This document shows positions 17,821 to 27,452 of a DNA stretch of 44,097 bases, piece after piece; the first letter of the stretch is position 1; every line of letters begins with the position of its first letter. Origin of the DNA: Bdellovibrionales bacterium (GTDB lineage: Bacteria > Bdellovibrionota > Bdellovibrionia > Bdellovibrionales > JAMPXM01); contig JAYUEN010000211.1 of NCBI GenBank assembly GCA_043739185.1, forward strand, positions 1-44,097, read 5' to 3'. Below the pieces are notes generated by a model. That model was not told where the DNA came from and did not search any database. It worked only from the letters and a program-made list of their open reading frames with translations. The translations under genes and the position numbers were made by a program.

Positions 17821-19308
17821 TCAGTCTGCTGAAATATGAAATATCCTGTCTTGAATCAGAGGTAATAATGTTGTTTCATACATAAGTGGATCACTATAAA
17901 AAACAAAGTGATCAATTGCAAAGAGAGCATCCTCGGCAATGACGACTCCATAAAAATTGCCATAGTAACGGCTATAAACCTTTGGGGCATTTAACAAGAG
18001 ATGTTTGAAATCAATGGTCTTGCGCTGATAACTTTTCGCCCAGTCGATGCTACAAGGCGCGACAATAGGGTCACCGCAAGTTGAGGCATCCGGAATGCTC
18101 GTTTGGCCAGGAGCAGGCAGCCACTCTTTGGTGTCAAAATCATCTTGAACGGCGACAATATTACCTGTTTTGTCCTTCATGACCCGAAAAGGACCAGCAT
18201 CATTTGTAAGGCCATCGACAGAATCTCGGTCTTCTATAATTTTAATGTTCTGAGCAAGCTCTTGATCATCTGTCCAGGTGCTTCTCATTCCACTCACCAT
18301 GGCAGTAGTTGCATCTTGAGTTAGGCGCGTGCTGAGTGTTTTCATCCCCATTATAATAGCTCGTGAACTTGAAATTTGAAGATTCGAACCACTTCCCTCG
18401 CCCTTGGTATAATTGATTGGGCCCTGAATGAAAACGCTGCCAGTAACATGAAGTCGACAACCCTTGCTATCTGTATCGAGGTTAAGATTGTTGAGTAAAA
18501 CAACTCCATCTATGATGATGTCGCCTCGGCAATGAACGATGTCTGTATTTGTGAGAAAGAGATGACGGTTCAAGGAGCTCTGTTTGACGATGAACCCATC
18601 GGCTGAGTCACGTGCGCTCGCCTTGTAAACAATTATGCCTAATTTTGCAAAAATTTGCACGGCACCCGGGGCCTGTTGCAGAGATCTCATTTCATCTTCT
18701 GAAGGGGAATCTATCCAAATTTCCTTTCTGCTAAGAAAATTTCCTCGTAGCCCGGGTACACTTATGTCCGTCGAATTTGTCCTCTCAATAATCGAGACTG
18801 GAGTCGCCCCATTATTAATCCAAGGATTTAAAAATTTTCCGTTTAGGAAATCAAGGATGCGCAAAGAGCTAAGAGGTTTTGCATTTCCGGCTATTGGATC
18901 ATTATAACTAGCCAACAAACGTGCGTCCCCGATAGTTTGATCTGGGACATAGACATCACCCATGATACTTGAATTTTTCCAGAGGGCATCCATCCAAGAA
19001 AAGTGTTTGCTCGCAAATGGACTATAATATGAAGCTTGTTGAGGGTGGTTGACACTTTTATCTGTGCCCATGAAATAGGGACTTCCAAATCCGAAGTCAG
19101 TAACAATATCGCCATGAATTTGTGCGTGACACATAATGCAGGCAGTATTTCGAACTGCGAGAACTGGCTTTAGAGGGCCAAACAAAGAGCCAGTAGACTG
19201 AAGATTTTGTGAGAGCGGGTCTAAACTAATGTTAGAGCAATTCTGCGCCCCAATTATGATGGCTAAAAGTAAAAGAGCAATTGAGAATTTAGTTTTCAAA
19301 TAATTCAT
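17821..19308 (-). CDS. Lipoprotein (AQNC) with one CxxCH; paralog of 40695..42002
   Basis: Lipobox-like GAQNC; CIMCH; beta-rich C-terminus. Confidence 0.8.
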   Translation of the reverse strand: MNYLKTKFSIALLLLAIIIGAQNCSNISLDPLSQNLQSTGSLFGPLKPVLAVRNTACIMCHAQIHGDIVTDFGFGSPYFMGTDKSVNHPQQASYYSPFASKHFSWMDALWKNSSIMGDVYVPDQTIGDARLLASYNDPIAGNAKPLSSLRILDFLNGKFLNPWINNGATPVSIIERTNSTDISVPGLRGNFLSRKEIWIDSPSEDEMRSLQQAPGAVQIFAKLGIIVYKASARDSADGFIVKQSSLNRHLFLTNTDIVHCRGDIIIDGVVLLNNLNLDTDSKGCRLHVTGSVFIQGPINYTKGEGSGSNLQISSSRAIIMGMKTLSTRLTQDATTAMVSGMRSTWTDDQELAQNIKIIEDRDSVDGLTNDAGPFRVMKDKTGNIVAVQDDFDTKEWLPAPGQTSIPDASTCGDPIVAPCSIDWAKSYQRKTIDFKHLLLNAPKVYSRYYGNFYGVVIAEDALFAIDHFVFYSDPLMYETTLLPLIQDRIFHISAD

Positions 19309-19617
19309 AATTTCCCTATAAATTAATTATCCTCCAAATATGAGTCTTTAAATAGAGTCAAAATTTCATTAAGTGTTGAACTTTTGAGGGAAAAAACTTC
19401 GGGTAGATAGTTTTACTAAAGGCTTAGTTTAAGCTATGTTCAGTTGTATATTCTTTGACATCAAAATGCTTTCAAAGATCGATCACAATTTATTTGGCGC
19501 TTTCTTCAATTTGGCAAGCAAGGATCGGTTAAAAAATAAGCTGAATAAGTGAAGCCCAAATATTGTTTCAAAATGGCACAAGGGTAATTGAGGTGCCTTG
19601 CATGTGTCAGGGGGTTC

Positions 19618-19824
19618 TGGTGAAATATTGAAAATATCAGGGGCCGGCAATCCTGAATTCAGTAAACGGAAGCAGCTCCAGATTCAGAGCCTCGATCCGG
19701 GCGCGCAGCCTGATACACTGAGCCCCGAGACCGAAACCGCCAAACTGTTGACGGCCGCAGCTGCCGTTAAGACTGATTTAAAATCTAGAGTTGAAACAAT
19801 ACCAACGAAAAAGAAGACAGAGCC
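19618..19824 (+). repeat. Dispersed intergenic repeat, copy A (long)
   Basis: Core CCGAAACCGCCAAACTGTTGACGGCCGCAGCTGCCGTTAAGACTGATTT starting at 19731; aligns with copy B over ~200 nt. Confidence 0.85.
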
Positions 19825-20044
19825 GTTTAGGTGTAAAACTTAATTTTTCGTGTACTTGTTTTTCGCTTTGGATAAATAGGGATTAGCACGTTCAAAGTAA
19901 ATTTTATGGATTAACCTATGATAAATAGATTTTTCAGAAGATCTTTTAAAAGTCGATGATTCATCGAAGTGTCCCGATTTTGCCGAAAATTGGCACAAAG
20001 CCTAGACGATCTCCTCTAAAATAATAATAGAAGTATAATTAAAG

Positions 20045-20060
20045 TGGCACGAAGCTTGAA
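20045..20060 (+). promoter_or_regulatory. Possible sigma54 promoter (variant -12 box)
   Basis: TGGCACGAAGCTTGAA: good -24 box and correct spacing, but GA instead of GC at -12. Confidence 0.35.
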
Positions 20061-20183
20061 GAGATATCTTCAAAAATGTGCCTTGTCTATTGGATCTTAG
20101 GAAGACGTAATATTAGATAATGGGAAAATAAGTTCCTATTTCTCTAAATTATTTCGCTGGCACCAAATACCAGGAGTAGTTTT

Positions 20184-20552
20184 ATGAAAGCATTAGTTGT
20201 GACCTTGATTTCAGTTTTGGCTTCGAGCTCTTTTGCTTCTTTAGCCCATATTTATGATTGCGGCAGCTTAAAAATGCAAGGCCAAACACAAGTTGGCAAA
20301 AATACTTATAGTGTCGAAATCGCAAATGGCGAAATCGGGAAAAGCGTTTTTTTAACAACCACTATTCCCGGCTCTCAAACTGCCCCAAAAACTGAAAGAC
20401 TTCTAAACAATGCCAATATGTATTCACAAGCCAAAGGTGATTTAGACGTTGTCATCTCGGAGAGAAGTGATGGGTTCGTGAACGTGCAAATCGTAAAATC
20501 AACCAATCCCAACATCAGAGCTCAATGTGCTTTGAAAGTTTCTGGTCAATAA
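20184..20552 (+). CDS. Secreted hypothetical protein
   Basis: Signal ending SFA; AGGAG RBS; terminal Cys pair. Confidence 0.8.
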   Translation: MKALVVTLISVLASSSFASLAHIYDCGSLKMQGQTQVGKNTYSVEIANGEIGKSVFLTTTIPGSQTAPKTERLLNNANMYSQAKGDLDVVISERSDGFVNVQIVKSTNPNIRAQCALKVSGQ

Positions 20553-20577
20553 CAGTCAAATTTAGGAAGCTTGAATT

Positions 20578-20609
20578 TCCCAGGCCTCAAATACGCCTGG
20601 GATTTTTTT
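20578..20609 (+). terminator. Intrinsic terminator between convergent genes
   Basis: TCCCAGGC-N9-GCCTGGGA followed by T7. Confidence 0.75.
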
Positions 20610-20643
20610 AAACAGATGAGTAAGCCGGTTGTTATATTGTCTC

Positions 20644-21948
20644 TCAATTAAACTTTCTTGTGTATTGAACTCCACAGCGAAAATCTTCATTATTATTGCC
20701 ATTGTATTTCCAAGCAGGATTTTTGTAGTCTTCTTTGCAATGTAAGGTGAGAGAATTTTTAGTAGGATTGATTTGGTCGCCCCATGTACGGGTAATTCCA
20801 ACTGTAATCCCGTACTCATTGGATATTGAAGCCTGTTGCCCGAGGGCCTGTAAATAATCAGCGTGTCTATCAACTTCAGTATAAGAGCTAGCTTTGAGTA
20901 ACGGAGTTTGAGCGCCGACATCCACAATAAAGCTTGTCATTCCTTTTTGATTTCGATCATAGCGAGTAATGGCGCCAGCAATATGCGCGTCTGTTACTAA
21001 ATTGACTCTTTGATCAGATGGCTGATATCCACCAAAGACGGTGCTTTGAATATTAACTCCGAGTCCCGCTCCCGCAGTTGCAGCCCAATTGTCGGTGATT
21101 CGCTGAGTATAAACGAGGTTGCTATGGACCCCCACTGCGGCTTGATCAAAGGGTCGTGAAACCGGAATCTGGGCTTGAACTCCCATATCCAAGCGAAGCT
21201 TCGAATTCGCATGTTCAAATATAGTTTTATATTGATCGTATTTGATTCGAATCGGTAGCATATAATATTGGCCTGCATTTGGCTCAAAGGCATTGCCCTT
21301 TAAATCAACCAGTTCAGCATTGGCAACGTCATAACCCATTTCTTTGCGGCCGTAAGGATCATTGTAACCCTTGTAGGAGTGGTAAGCTTCAATGACCTTG
21401 TCTGAAACGGCGTAGGCAATCAGATCACTGCCTGGGCCGCCAATTAATTGAAATGCACGAATGCCAATGCTAATTGAACTTTTGCAGTCGCCTTTTTCTA
21501 GTTTGAGCTCCCTGGTTTGGCCAATGCCTTTAACTTGGGTGAAGCGCGATTGATTTGATGGATTGGCTAGAAAATTTGAGTTGATCATCGAGCTGGCATC
21601 AGTCTCGGATAAGCTCGCGGCATTTTCTCCACAATCTCTGAGTGAAAAATTAGTCGGCGCCCGAAATACCAGAATGAGGCCTGCATCGTTTGAAGCATCG
21701 TAGTGTGGAGACTGCAAATCACGAATTTTGTTTTCGCTTACATTGTTTCTTAAAATGATAGGGATCTGAACTTTTTCTTCAGGGCCTTCACCCGCAAATT
21801 GTGCATAAACCGAATTGGTTTCTCGTAATTCGGCCTGGTAGGCATTGTATTCTGCCAACGAAGCCGGCGGACTCTGGCCCATGGCTGATGATAAATTGAT
21901 AAAGCTGACAACCAATACGACCCGCGCCACTTGACTAAATAAAAACAT
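20644..21948 (-). CDS. Secreted protein with probable C-terminal beta-barrel
   Basis: Signal peptide; alternating beta-strand pattern; ends GVQYTRKFN. Confidence 0.7.
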   Translation of the reverse strand: MFLFSQVARVVLVVSFINLSSAMGQSPPASLAEYNAYQAELRETNSVYAQFAGEGPEEKVQIPIILRNNVSENKIRDLQSPHYDASNDAGLILVFRAPTNFSLRDCGENAASLSETDASSMINSNFLANPSNQSRFTQVKGIGQTRELKLEKGDCKSSISIGIRAFQLIGGPGSDLIAYAVSDKVIEAYHSYKGYNDPYGRKEMGYDVANAELVDLKGNAFEPNAGQYYMLPIRIKYDQYKTIFEHANSKLRLDMGVQAQIPVSRPFDQAAVGVHSNLVYTQRITDNWAATAGAGLGVNIQSTVFGGYQPSDQRVNLVTDAHIAGAITRYDRNQKGMTSFIVDVGAQTPLLKASSYTEVDRHADYLQALGQQASISNEYGITVGITRTWGDQINPTKNSLTLHCKEDYKNPAWKYNGNNNEDFRCGVQYTRKFN

Positions 21949-22159
21949 CTTTTGTTCCTTAAGGGGAGTTCGGTCGAGGGCCAGATTATATCCGAATCGA
22001 TTCCCGAATAACAGAAGGTGAAAAGAATTTGAATTTATTTCTTAAAGCAAGTCTTTGCCGAAAAATGTCATTTTTGAACTAATCCAAAGAGTCTTTTGGG
22101 ATTGAAGATTGACTCCGCCTTTTTTGGGAAGTTAGTCTAAACTTCAATAGGAGGTTTTT

Positions 22160-22420
22160 ATGAAATTATGGATGATTGCTGGTTCTTTGATTTTGACATC
22201 AACTTTTGCAATGGCGATTGAGCAAGAAGCTCCACCAGCAGAGAATTGGGTCTGTTACGCTCAAGGCAAGCAAAGTTTTGGCGGACCGGTAGGGGATATC
22301 TGGTTCACAGTGGTTGGCTACGGCGATAGCGAGATCAATGCTGCGGACAGAGCTCAACAAAATTGCTTTTCACAGGCTCTGCAATTGTGCATGGTCACAA
22401 ATTGCATTAAGCACAATTAA
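22160..22420 (+). CDS. Small secreted Cys-rich protein
   Basis: Signal ending AMA; 4 Cys; AGGAGG RBS. Confidence 0.8.
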   Translation: MKLWMIAGSLILTSTFAMAIEQEAPPAENWVCYAQGKQSFGGPVGDIWFTVVGYGDSEINAADRAQQNCFSQALQLCMVTNCIKHN

Positions 22421-22504
22421 ACTGGCCCACAAGACTGTGCAAATATAAAAATATTCAATAAAAACAATGGTATATTTTGGCTGCACAGTCTAAGGGCCCA
22501 GTTT
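22419..22504. repeat. Imperfect inverted repeat between convergent genes
   Basis: AAACTGGCCCACAAGACTGTGCA ... TGCACAGTCTAAGGGCCCAGTTT around an AT-rich spacer. Confidence 0.6.
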
Positions 22505-22510
22505 TTAAAG

Positions 22511-23254
22511 TTATTGAGCTGGTCCCGAAACAGCTCGTAAGCCGGCGGATTTCCATTGGTCGATATTACTAAAATAAAGGCTGTTGAAACCTTCATCTTT
22601 TAGTTTTTCGGCCATTCTCTTTGATCTTATTCCTGAAGCGCAATAAAAAATAAGCGTTTTCCCTTTGGGTAGACTTTGCTTAAATTCACTCCATGCATTT
22701 TGATCTTTTGCTCTTGAGGTCGGAAACCACAATTCTCCGGGAATGATCTCGTGGCGCTCTTCATTTTCTCGAACGTCAATAATAATGGCTTGCTTATGCT
22801 CTACCAGTTCGCTGGCCTCTCCGGGTTCAACGTCTGCGGCTAAAATGCCAGTGCTTTTATGTTTAATTTTAACTAACGTTTTGCCGGATTTTTTCCAACC
22901 ATAAATTCCTACTTTCAAAACACTTACATTTTTGTATCCGGCGGCAATAGCTTTATTGGCAGCAATATGTGAGGACGTACACATTTCATTTGCGCAGTAA
23001 AAAACCAATGCTCTAGACTTATCTGCAGGCAGTTGAACTTTCACATCATATTGGCTCGCACTATCGATGAGTTGGGCACCAGAGATGACACCAACAAAAG
23101 TTCGAGTGCTTTCAACATTGACGTCATAAATTGATAATTCTTTTTTGCTTTTCATTAAGTTTTCAAGCTCATCAATGCCGATTGTTTTAAAGGATTCAGC
23201 TGCGAATGTTTGAGCGCCTACAAAAAATAATATGATCGACACAAAAACTTTCAC
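22511..23254 (-). CDS. Secreted tandem rhodanese-domain protein
   Basis: Two rhodanese domains (VFYCANEMC; IIDVRE..IFYCASGIRS); signal peptide. Confidence 0.9.
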   Translation of the reverse strand: MKVFVSIILFFVGAQTFAAESFKTIGIDELENLMKSKKELSIYDVNVESTRTFVGVISGAQLIDSASQYDVKVQLPADKSRALVFYCANEMCTSSHIAANKAIAAGYKNVSVLKVGIYGWKKSGKTLVKIKHKSTGILAADVEPGEASELVEHKQAIIIDVRENEERHEIIPGELWFPTSRAKDQNAWSEFKQSLPKGKTLIFYCASGIRSKRMAEKLKDEGFNSLYFSNIDQWKSAGLRAVSGPAQ

Positions 23255-23561
23255 GAGCGCTCCTTAATTATTGCAAAAAGCTAAGATTCTTCATTTTTTA
23301 GATTTTTACATAGTAATTTTAACTTTGATCGAGAGTCATTTACCAAAGATTGAAAGGCTAAGAAAGGCTTGATTTGGGGCGCCGCACAAACATTTGCATT
23401 TAAGTAAATAAAATCTTGCGATGCCAAATATCCTTTAGCTTGTTATCAATTGTGAAAATGATATCTGAGGCATGGCTTGCTTTTCAAGCTTGGCAAAGAT
23501 AAAAATTGAAGCAGGGCACATTTAGGCTTCGACAATTTTTTCAAAAGGTGAGTGTATAAGA

Positions 23562-24029
23562 ATGAAGAATCTAATTGTAGGTTTATTTGTTTTTTTGAGC
23601 CTGCTGAGCTTTGGCGCGAATGCAGATGATATGGATCAATGGACTGAGAATTATAATAAAATGGTCCGTGTGCTCAAAACCACAAATCATATAGGCGATT
23701 GCTTGGTTGGCCTTTCTTCAGATCCGCATTCACCAATTGATTCGTGGATAATTGAATTGACGAAAAATTCTGCAAGCAAAATGAATTTTGAAATTATTCC
23801 TCCGGTTATTAGTTTTGGCCGAACTCAGGTTCGACTGCTAGGAAAAGATTATTTGCAATATCGTCAAGCGGATATAATTGGTTGGATCAATATGAATATA
23901 AAGCTGGATATAAATAATAAAATCATATTGAAGTTAGATCTAAATAAAAGTTTACCAGACGGAAGTATCTATGAAAAAGGCTTTAATTGTGAAATTCCTA
24001 ATCGCAACGCTTATACTTCTGTTCTTTAA
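23562..24029 (+). CDS. Secreted hypothetical protein
   Basis: Signal ending ANA. Confidence 0.7.
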   Translation: MKNLIVGLFVFLSLLSFGANADDMDQWTENYNKMVRVLKTTNHIGDCLVGLSSDPHSPIDSWIIELTKNSASKMNFEIIPPVISFGRTQVRLLGKDYLQYRQADIIGWINMNIKLDINNKIILKLDLNKSLPDGSIYEKGFNCEIPNRNAYTSVL

Positions 24030-24723
24030 CTCATTGAGGGCTGAGCAAATTGTGTTGATAGGCGATTCGCATTTGTGTGGAGCTTTTGGCAAATCCCTCT
24101 TTCAGAATCTATCAAAAACTTATGACGAAGTTAGTTTGTATTGTGCGGTTTCAAGTGCGCCCGAGCATTGGTTAAAGGGGAGCAATCCCATAGGTCAGAT
24201 TTGCAGTCAGATGACGACCAAAGATTCGAATTTGAGTCCCTGTATTGATTCGGGGAGAGTGCCAAAACTTGAACAAATTTTAACTCAATATCCTCGTGCA
24301 AAATTTGTAGTTGCTTTGGGTACAAATTCTCTTTTGTCGCCAGAAGTCTCCGCCGAATATAATAAGCTTGCTTTGAAAATCACCGAAAGTGGCAATGCCT
24401 GCTTTTGGATCGGGCCCCCTCATTTGAATCCCTCGCAATCCAAAGGATTTCCGGCGGGCCGAATTGCAACGGAAGAGAAGAATCTAAATGACTTTTATGA
24501 ATCCTTAATGAAGGCGATTGGGACTAAATGTAAGCAAATCGATAGTCGCGACTCAACTTCAGTAAATACAGCTGGAAATCAAACTGTTGATGGCGTTCAC
24601 AGAACGAAAGAAGCGGCTGAGTATTGGGCCGTAGCTTTAAAATCCGAGTTTTCAAATTCTGACCCAATAAATCAAATCGATATTAAGAAGCTTTTAAATA
24701 AAATTAAAAATCCTTTTGACTAA
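23971..24723 (+). CDS. Secreted SGNH/GDSL hydrolase
   Basis: IGDSH, LGTN, DGVH blocks. Confidence 0.85.
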   Translation: MKKALIVKFLIATLILLFFNSLRAEQIVLIGDSHLCGAFGKSLFQNLSKTYDEVSLYCAVSSAPEHWLKGSNPIGQICSQMTTKDSNLSPCIDSGRVPKLEQILTQYPRAKFVVALGTNSLLSPEVSAEYNKLALKITESGNACFWIGPPHLNPSQSKGFPAGRIATEEKNLNDFYESLMKAIGTKCKQIDSRDSTSVNTAGNQTVDGVHRTKEAAEYWAVALKSEFSNSDPINQIDIKKLLNKIKNPFD

Positions 24724-25502
24724 TCCTTGGGTAAATCAATGCATTTGCCAGATTCACATTCATTCATATTGGCTTGAGCGATTGGCATCTTAAGCCAAGA
24801 TTGAATTTCAGGTTCGGCTTGGCATGTGCTTATATCAAATTTAACAGGCTTAAAATCATCAGTATGGGCAGAGGTTTCAAGAATATAGTTTTTAGCGACG
24901 GCCGTATACTTTAAGGTGATGACATAGTTGATATTCTCAAGCTTGGTATTGATTTCACCTAAAGCCGCAAAACCTGCTGTGGCCACATTCTCGCCCACCG
25001 AAATTCCAAATGTTGGAATCCCATCATATTGATCCCTGATCGTAATATCCGAGCCTTGGCGATCAATGGGGGGATTCGGATAAGTTATTTGCTTGAGATA
25101 AATAGTTCCCGATGAGGGCTCAATATGAGGTGCTGTTTGTACAAGTCCCTCAAGTTTAAACATTGTGCCGATGTCATTTAGAGAAGCCAATGCTAAAAAC
25201 TGTGCTGCATTGATTTCGTCTTGGGTATATTTGCTGGGAGTTGCTCGCCGATACATTTTGGCGCCGTTGATAAGGTTTTGAATCAAGGCAGGTGGGAACT
25301 GTTTTACGCTTTTGTCTAAACCCAATTTGACTCTGTCTAGGCCTGCATCTTTAAGCTTCACAATGCTTTGACGGCATTCACTAACGGCCTTGTCTAAAGT
25401 CTTATTGTGTAAATTGGTTTGGATAGGGCTTTGAGCTGGAGTTCCGGTGCAAGACAAGGCGACTAAGCTAAAAACTATTGAGGTGAACATAAAAATCTTC
25501 AT
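24720..25502 (-). CDS. Lipoprotein, hypothetical
   Basis: Lipobox ALSC. Confidence 0.75.
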   Translation of the reverse strand: MKIFMFTSIVFSLVALSCTGTPAQSPIQTNLHNKTLDKAVSECRQSIVKLKDAGLDRVKLGLDKSVKQFPPALIQNLINGAKMYRRATPSKYTQDEINAAQFLALASLNDIGTMFKLEGLVQTAPHIEPSSGTIYLKQITYPNPPIDRQGSDITIRDQYDGIPTFGISVGENVATAGFAALGEINTKLENINYVITLKYTAVAKNYILETSAHTDDFKPVKFDISTCQAEPEIQSWLKMPIAQANMNECESGKCIDLPKD

Positions 25503-25726
25503 AGGTATGCCTTTGCAGGTTTAAACATTTTGAAATGATTGCTTTATTTATACTTGAAATATCTCAACTGCGCCATACATAGAAATTTCAAAGATAGCGC
25601 CAAATTTGGGCTTCAGCTTTCAACTTCTCGAAGTGTCGCATTCCTGTAAGATAGTGCGATAAGAGAAAGAATCGCTCTCAATTTAATTTTCATAAGCTTC
25701 CCGCGGTATTGTCTATAGCTTAATAA

Positions 25727-25742
25727 AGCAAGGCCAGGGCCA
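25727..25742 (-). promoter_or_regulatory. sigma54 promoter
   Basis: TGGC-N7-TTGCT (TGGCCCTGGCCTTGCT), upstream of 24720..25502. Confidence 0.55.
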
Positions 25743-25811
25743 TAGGAGTCATTACAAGGCTTAATTAGTTTGTACTAAGTCTTAAAAGCTTAGGCAAAGA
25801 GCCGCAAATAG

Positions 25812-26465
25812 TCACTGTGGATTGGCTTCAATTCGAATCAAAGCAGCTTGCAATTTCCACTCAGGATTCATGCCGGGAGGTGGACTGTGTCTTGCGATTC
25901 GACCCGAATCAAAGCCGTCTGAGATATAAATAAGAGATCCCGCTATGGCTTGAACTTCAAATTTTAAGTGCAGCTCAATTTTAAGTTTTGGATCTGTGGA
26001 CTCAAGTTTATAAATTTCTGTAATTTGGTTTCCTTGAGCCAGCTGCATGGGTTTTTTTACTTCGATATTTGTTTGCATAGTCAGAAATGGCGGTCTTGAA
26101 CTTGTAATTTGAGATTCATGAAGTCTAGAGCTTAAGTGCAAATGCGTGCGAGTTTGAGAAGCGCCAGTTGAATTTAATATATTTTCGATTTCTACATTGA
26201 TAGTGATTGCATTATTAGAATTCGAGTTGGGGCGGCTTTGTTCAAAGGCTTTGGCGATAAAGCGAAAGCGTTCTATTCCGCTCTGTTCAGATGAATTTAT
26301 TAAATAAAGTGGTAGGCCTTCTTCGTCACTTACTTTTGTTGTATTAAGAGATGAGGACCGCTTATTAAATAAATCTTCACAGGTCTCGGCAGTCGATTTT
26401 AAAGAAAAAAACATCAATGTGAAGCTTGCAAGGAAATACAATATTGTAAATTTAGACTTTGCCAT
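25812..26465 (-). CDS. Secreted hypothetical protein
   Basis: Signal followed by ETCEDLF. Confidence 0.7.
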   Translation of the reverse strand: MAKSKFTILYFLASFTLMFFSLKSTAETCEDLFNKRSSSLNTTKVSDEEGLPLYLINSSEQSGIERFRFIAKAFEQSRPNSNSNNAITINVEIENILNSTGASQTRTHLHLSSRLHESQITSSRPPFLTMQTNIEVKKPMQLAQGNQITEIYKLESTDPKLKIELHLKFEVQAIAGSLIYISDGFDSGRIARHSPPPGMNPEWKLQAALIRIEANPQ

Positions 26466-26642
26466 AAATCATTTCTATGCAAATCGTGCCAATTTTTATG
26501 GATTGCGCTTTAAATAGGAAATTAAGTGTTGAATATTCTAATAAGTACAATGGCTAAGCCAAGAAGTGTTGAATTGGAGCCTAAATTAGTCATTCATAAA
26601 TTCAATTCTCCGATAGGAATCATAAGTATGGAGTGAAAGCTT

Positions 26643-27452
26643 ATGAAGCTCTTATTTTTTGTAGTGGTCGTTTTGAGTTTTAGCTGCTCAAGAGTTAATT
26701 TTACGGGGAATCCCCTAAGTGCAGATCAGCAAATTCAGTCGCCGCGAAATCCGCCGATTTGCAGCGGCGGAATTTCTGAAACCACGAAAATGCTTCGCAT
26801 TATTTTTATGGTAGACAATTCGGGTTCGACTGCCACAACCGACCCCAATCAAATCATTCGCGTTCAAACTATAAAAAACTTTTTATCAAAATATAGTTCG
26901 AAGAAAAATCTAACTTACGGGATCGGATATTTTTCAGATGATACTTTTATTTTCAATACCAGCACTCGGCAATTTGAAGATGTCACTCAATCGGGGAAAA
27001 TGCCAAAAAATGTTTTTGGTGACAGTGACGATTCGATGCGAGCACTTTCAGTTCTTCACGATGTAGATCCTATAGGCAGTACAAATTACAGATCAGCATT
27101 GAGTGCGATTCACTCGATGATTTCAAATGACCCGAAAAGTAACTCAAATTGGAATTATATTCTGGTTTTTATGTCAGATGGTCAACCAAGTGATATTGCA
27201 GATCCGGTGATTTCAAATCTCCAAAGTTTGATTGATTCTGTGACCGATGCATCAGTTGCGCATGGAGGGCTCACGACTACGAGTATGGTTTTATTTGACC
27301 CAGCTGCAGATGCTCAATACTTTTCGAGTGCACAAAATCTCAAGGCCATGGCAGATCGAGGAAAAGGTCAGTTCTTTGATATCAATAAATCTCCAGCCAG
27401 TGGACTTGTGATTGATGATATTATTTCGATTCCTGGTCAGAGTTGCAACTAA
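26643..27452 (+). CDS. vWA-domain lipoprotein
   Basis: MIDAS DNSGS, GSTNY, FMSDG; lipobox-like SFSC. Confidence 0.88.
   Translation: MKLLFFVVVVLSFSCSRVNFTGNPLSADQQIQSPRNPPICSGGISETTKMLRIIFMVDNSGSTATTDPNQIIRVQTIKNFLSKYSSKKNLTYGIGYFSDDTFIFNTSTRQFEDVTQSGKMPKNVFGDSDDSMRALSVLHDVDPIGSTNYRSALSAIHSMISNDPKSNSNWNYILVFMSDGQPSDIADPVISNLQSLIDSVTDASVAHGGLTTTSMVLFDPAADAQYFSSAQNLKAMADRGKGQFFDINKSPASGLVIDDIISIPGQSCN

Noticed and set aside
19598..19843. 81-aa ORF as a normal gene
   Set aside because: Coincides with repeat copy A; the full frame is broken in the other copies. Discussed as a finding instead.
26477..26492. sigma54 promoter TGGCACGATTTGC on the minus strand
   Set aside because: GG-to-GC spacing is 8 nt rather than the required 10.
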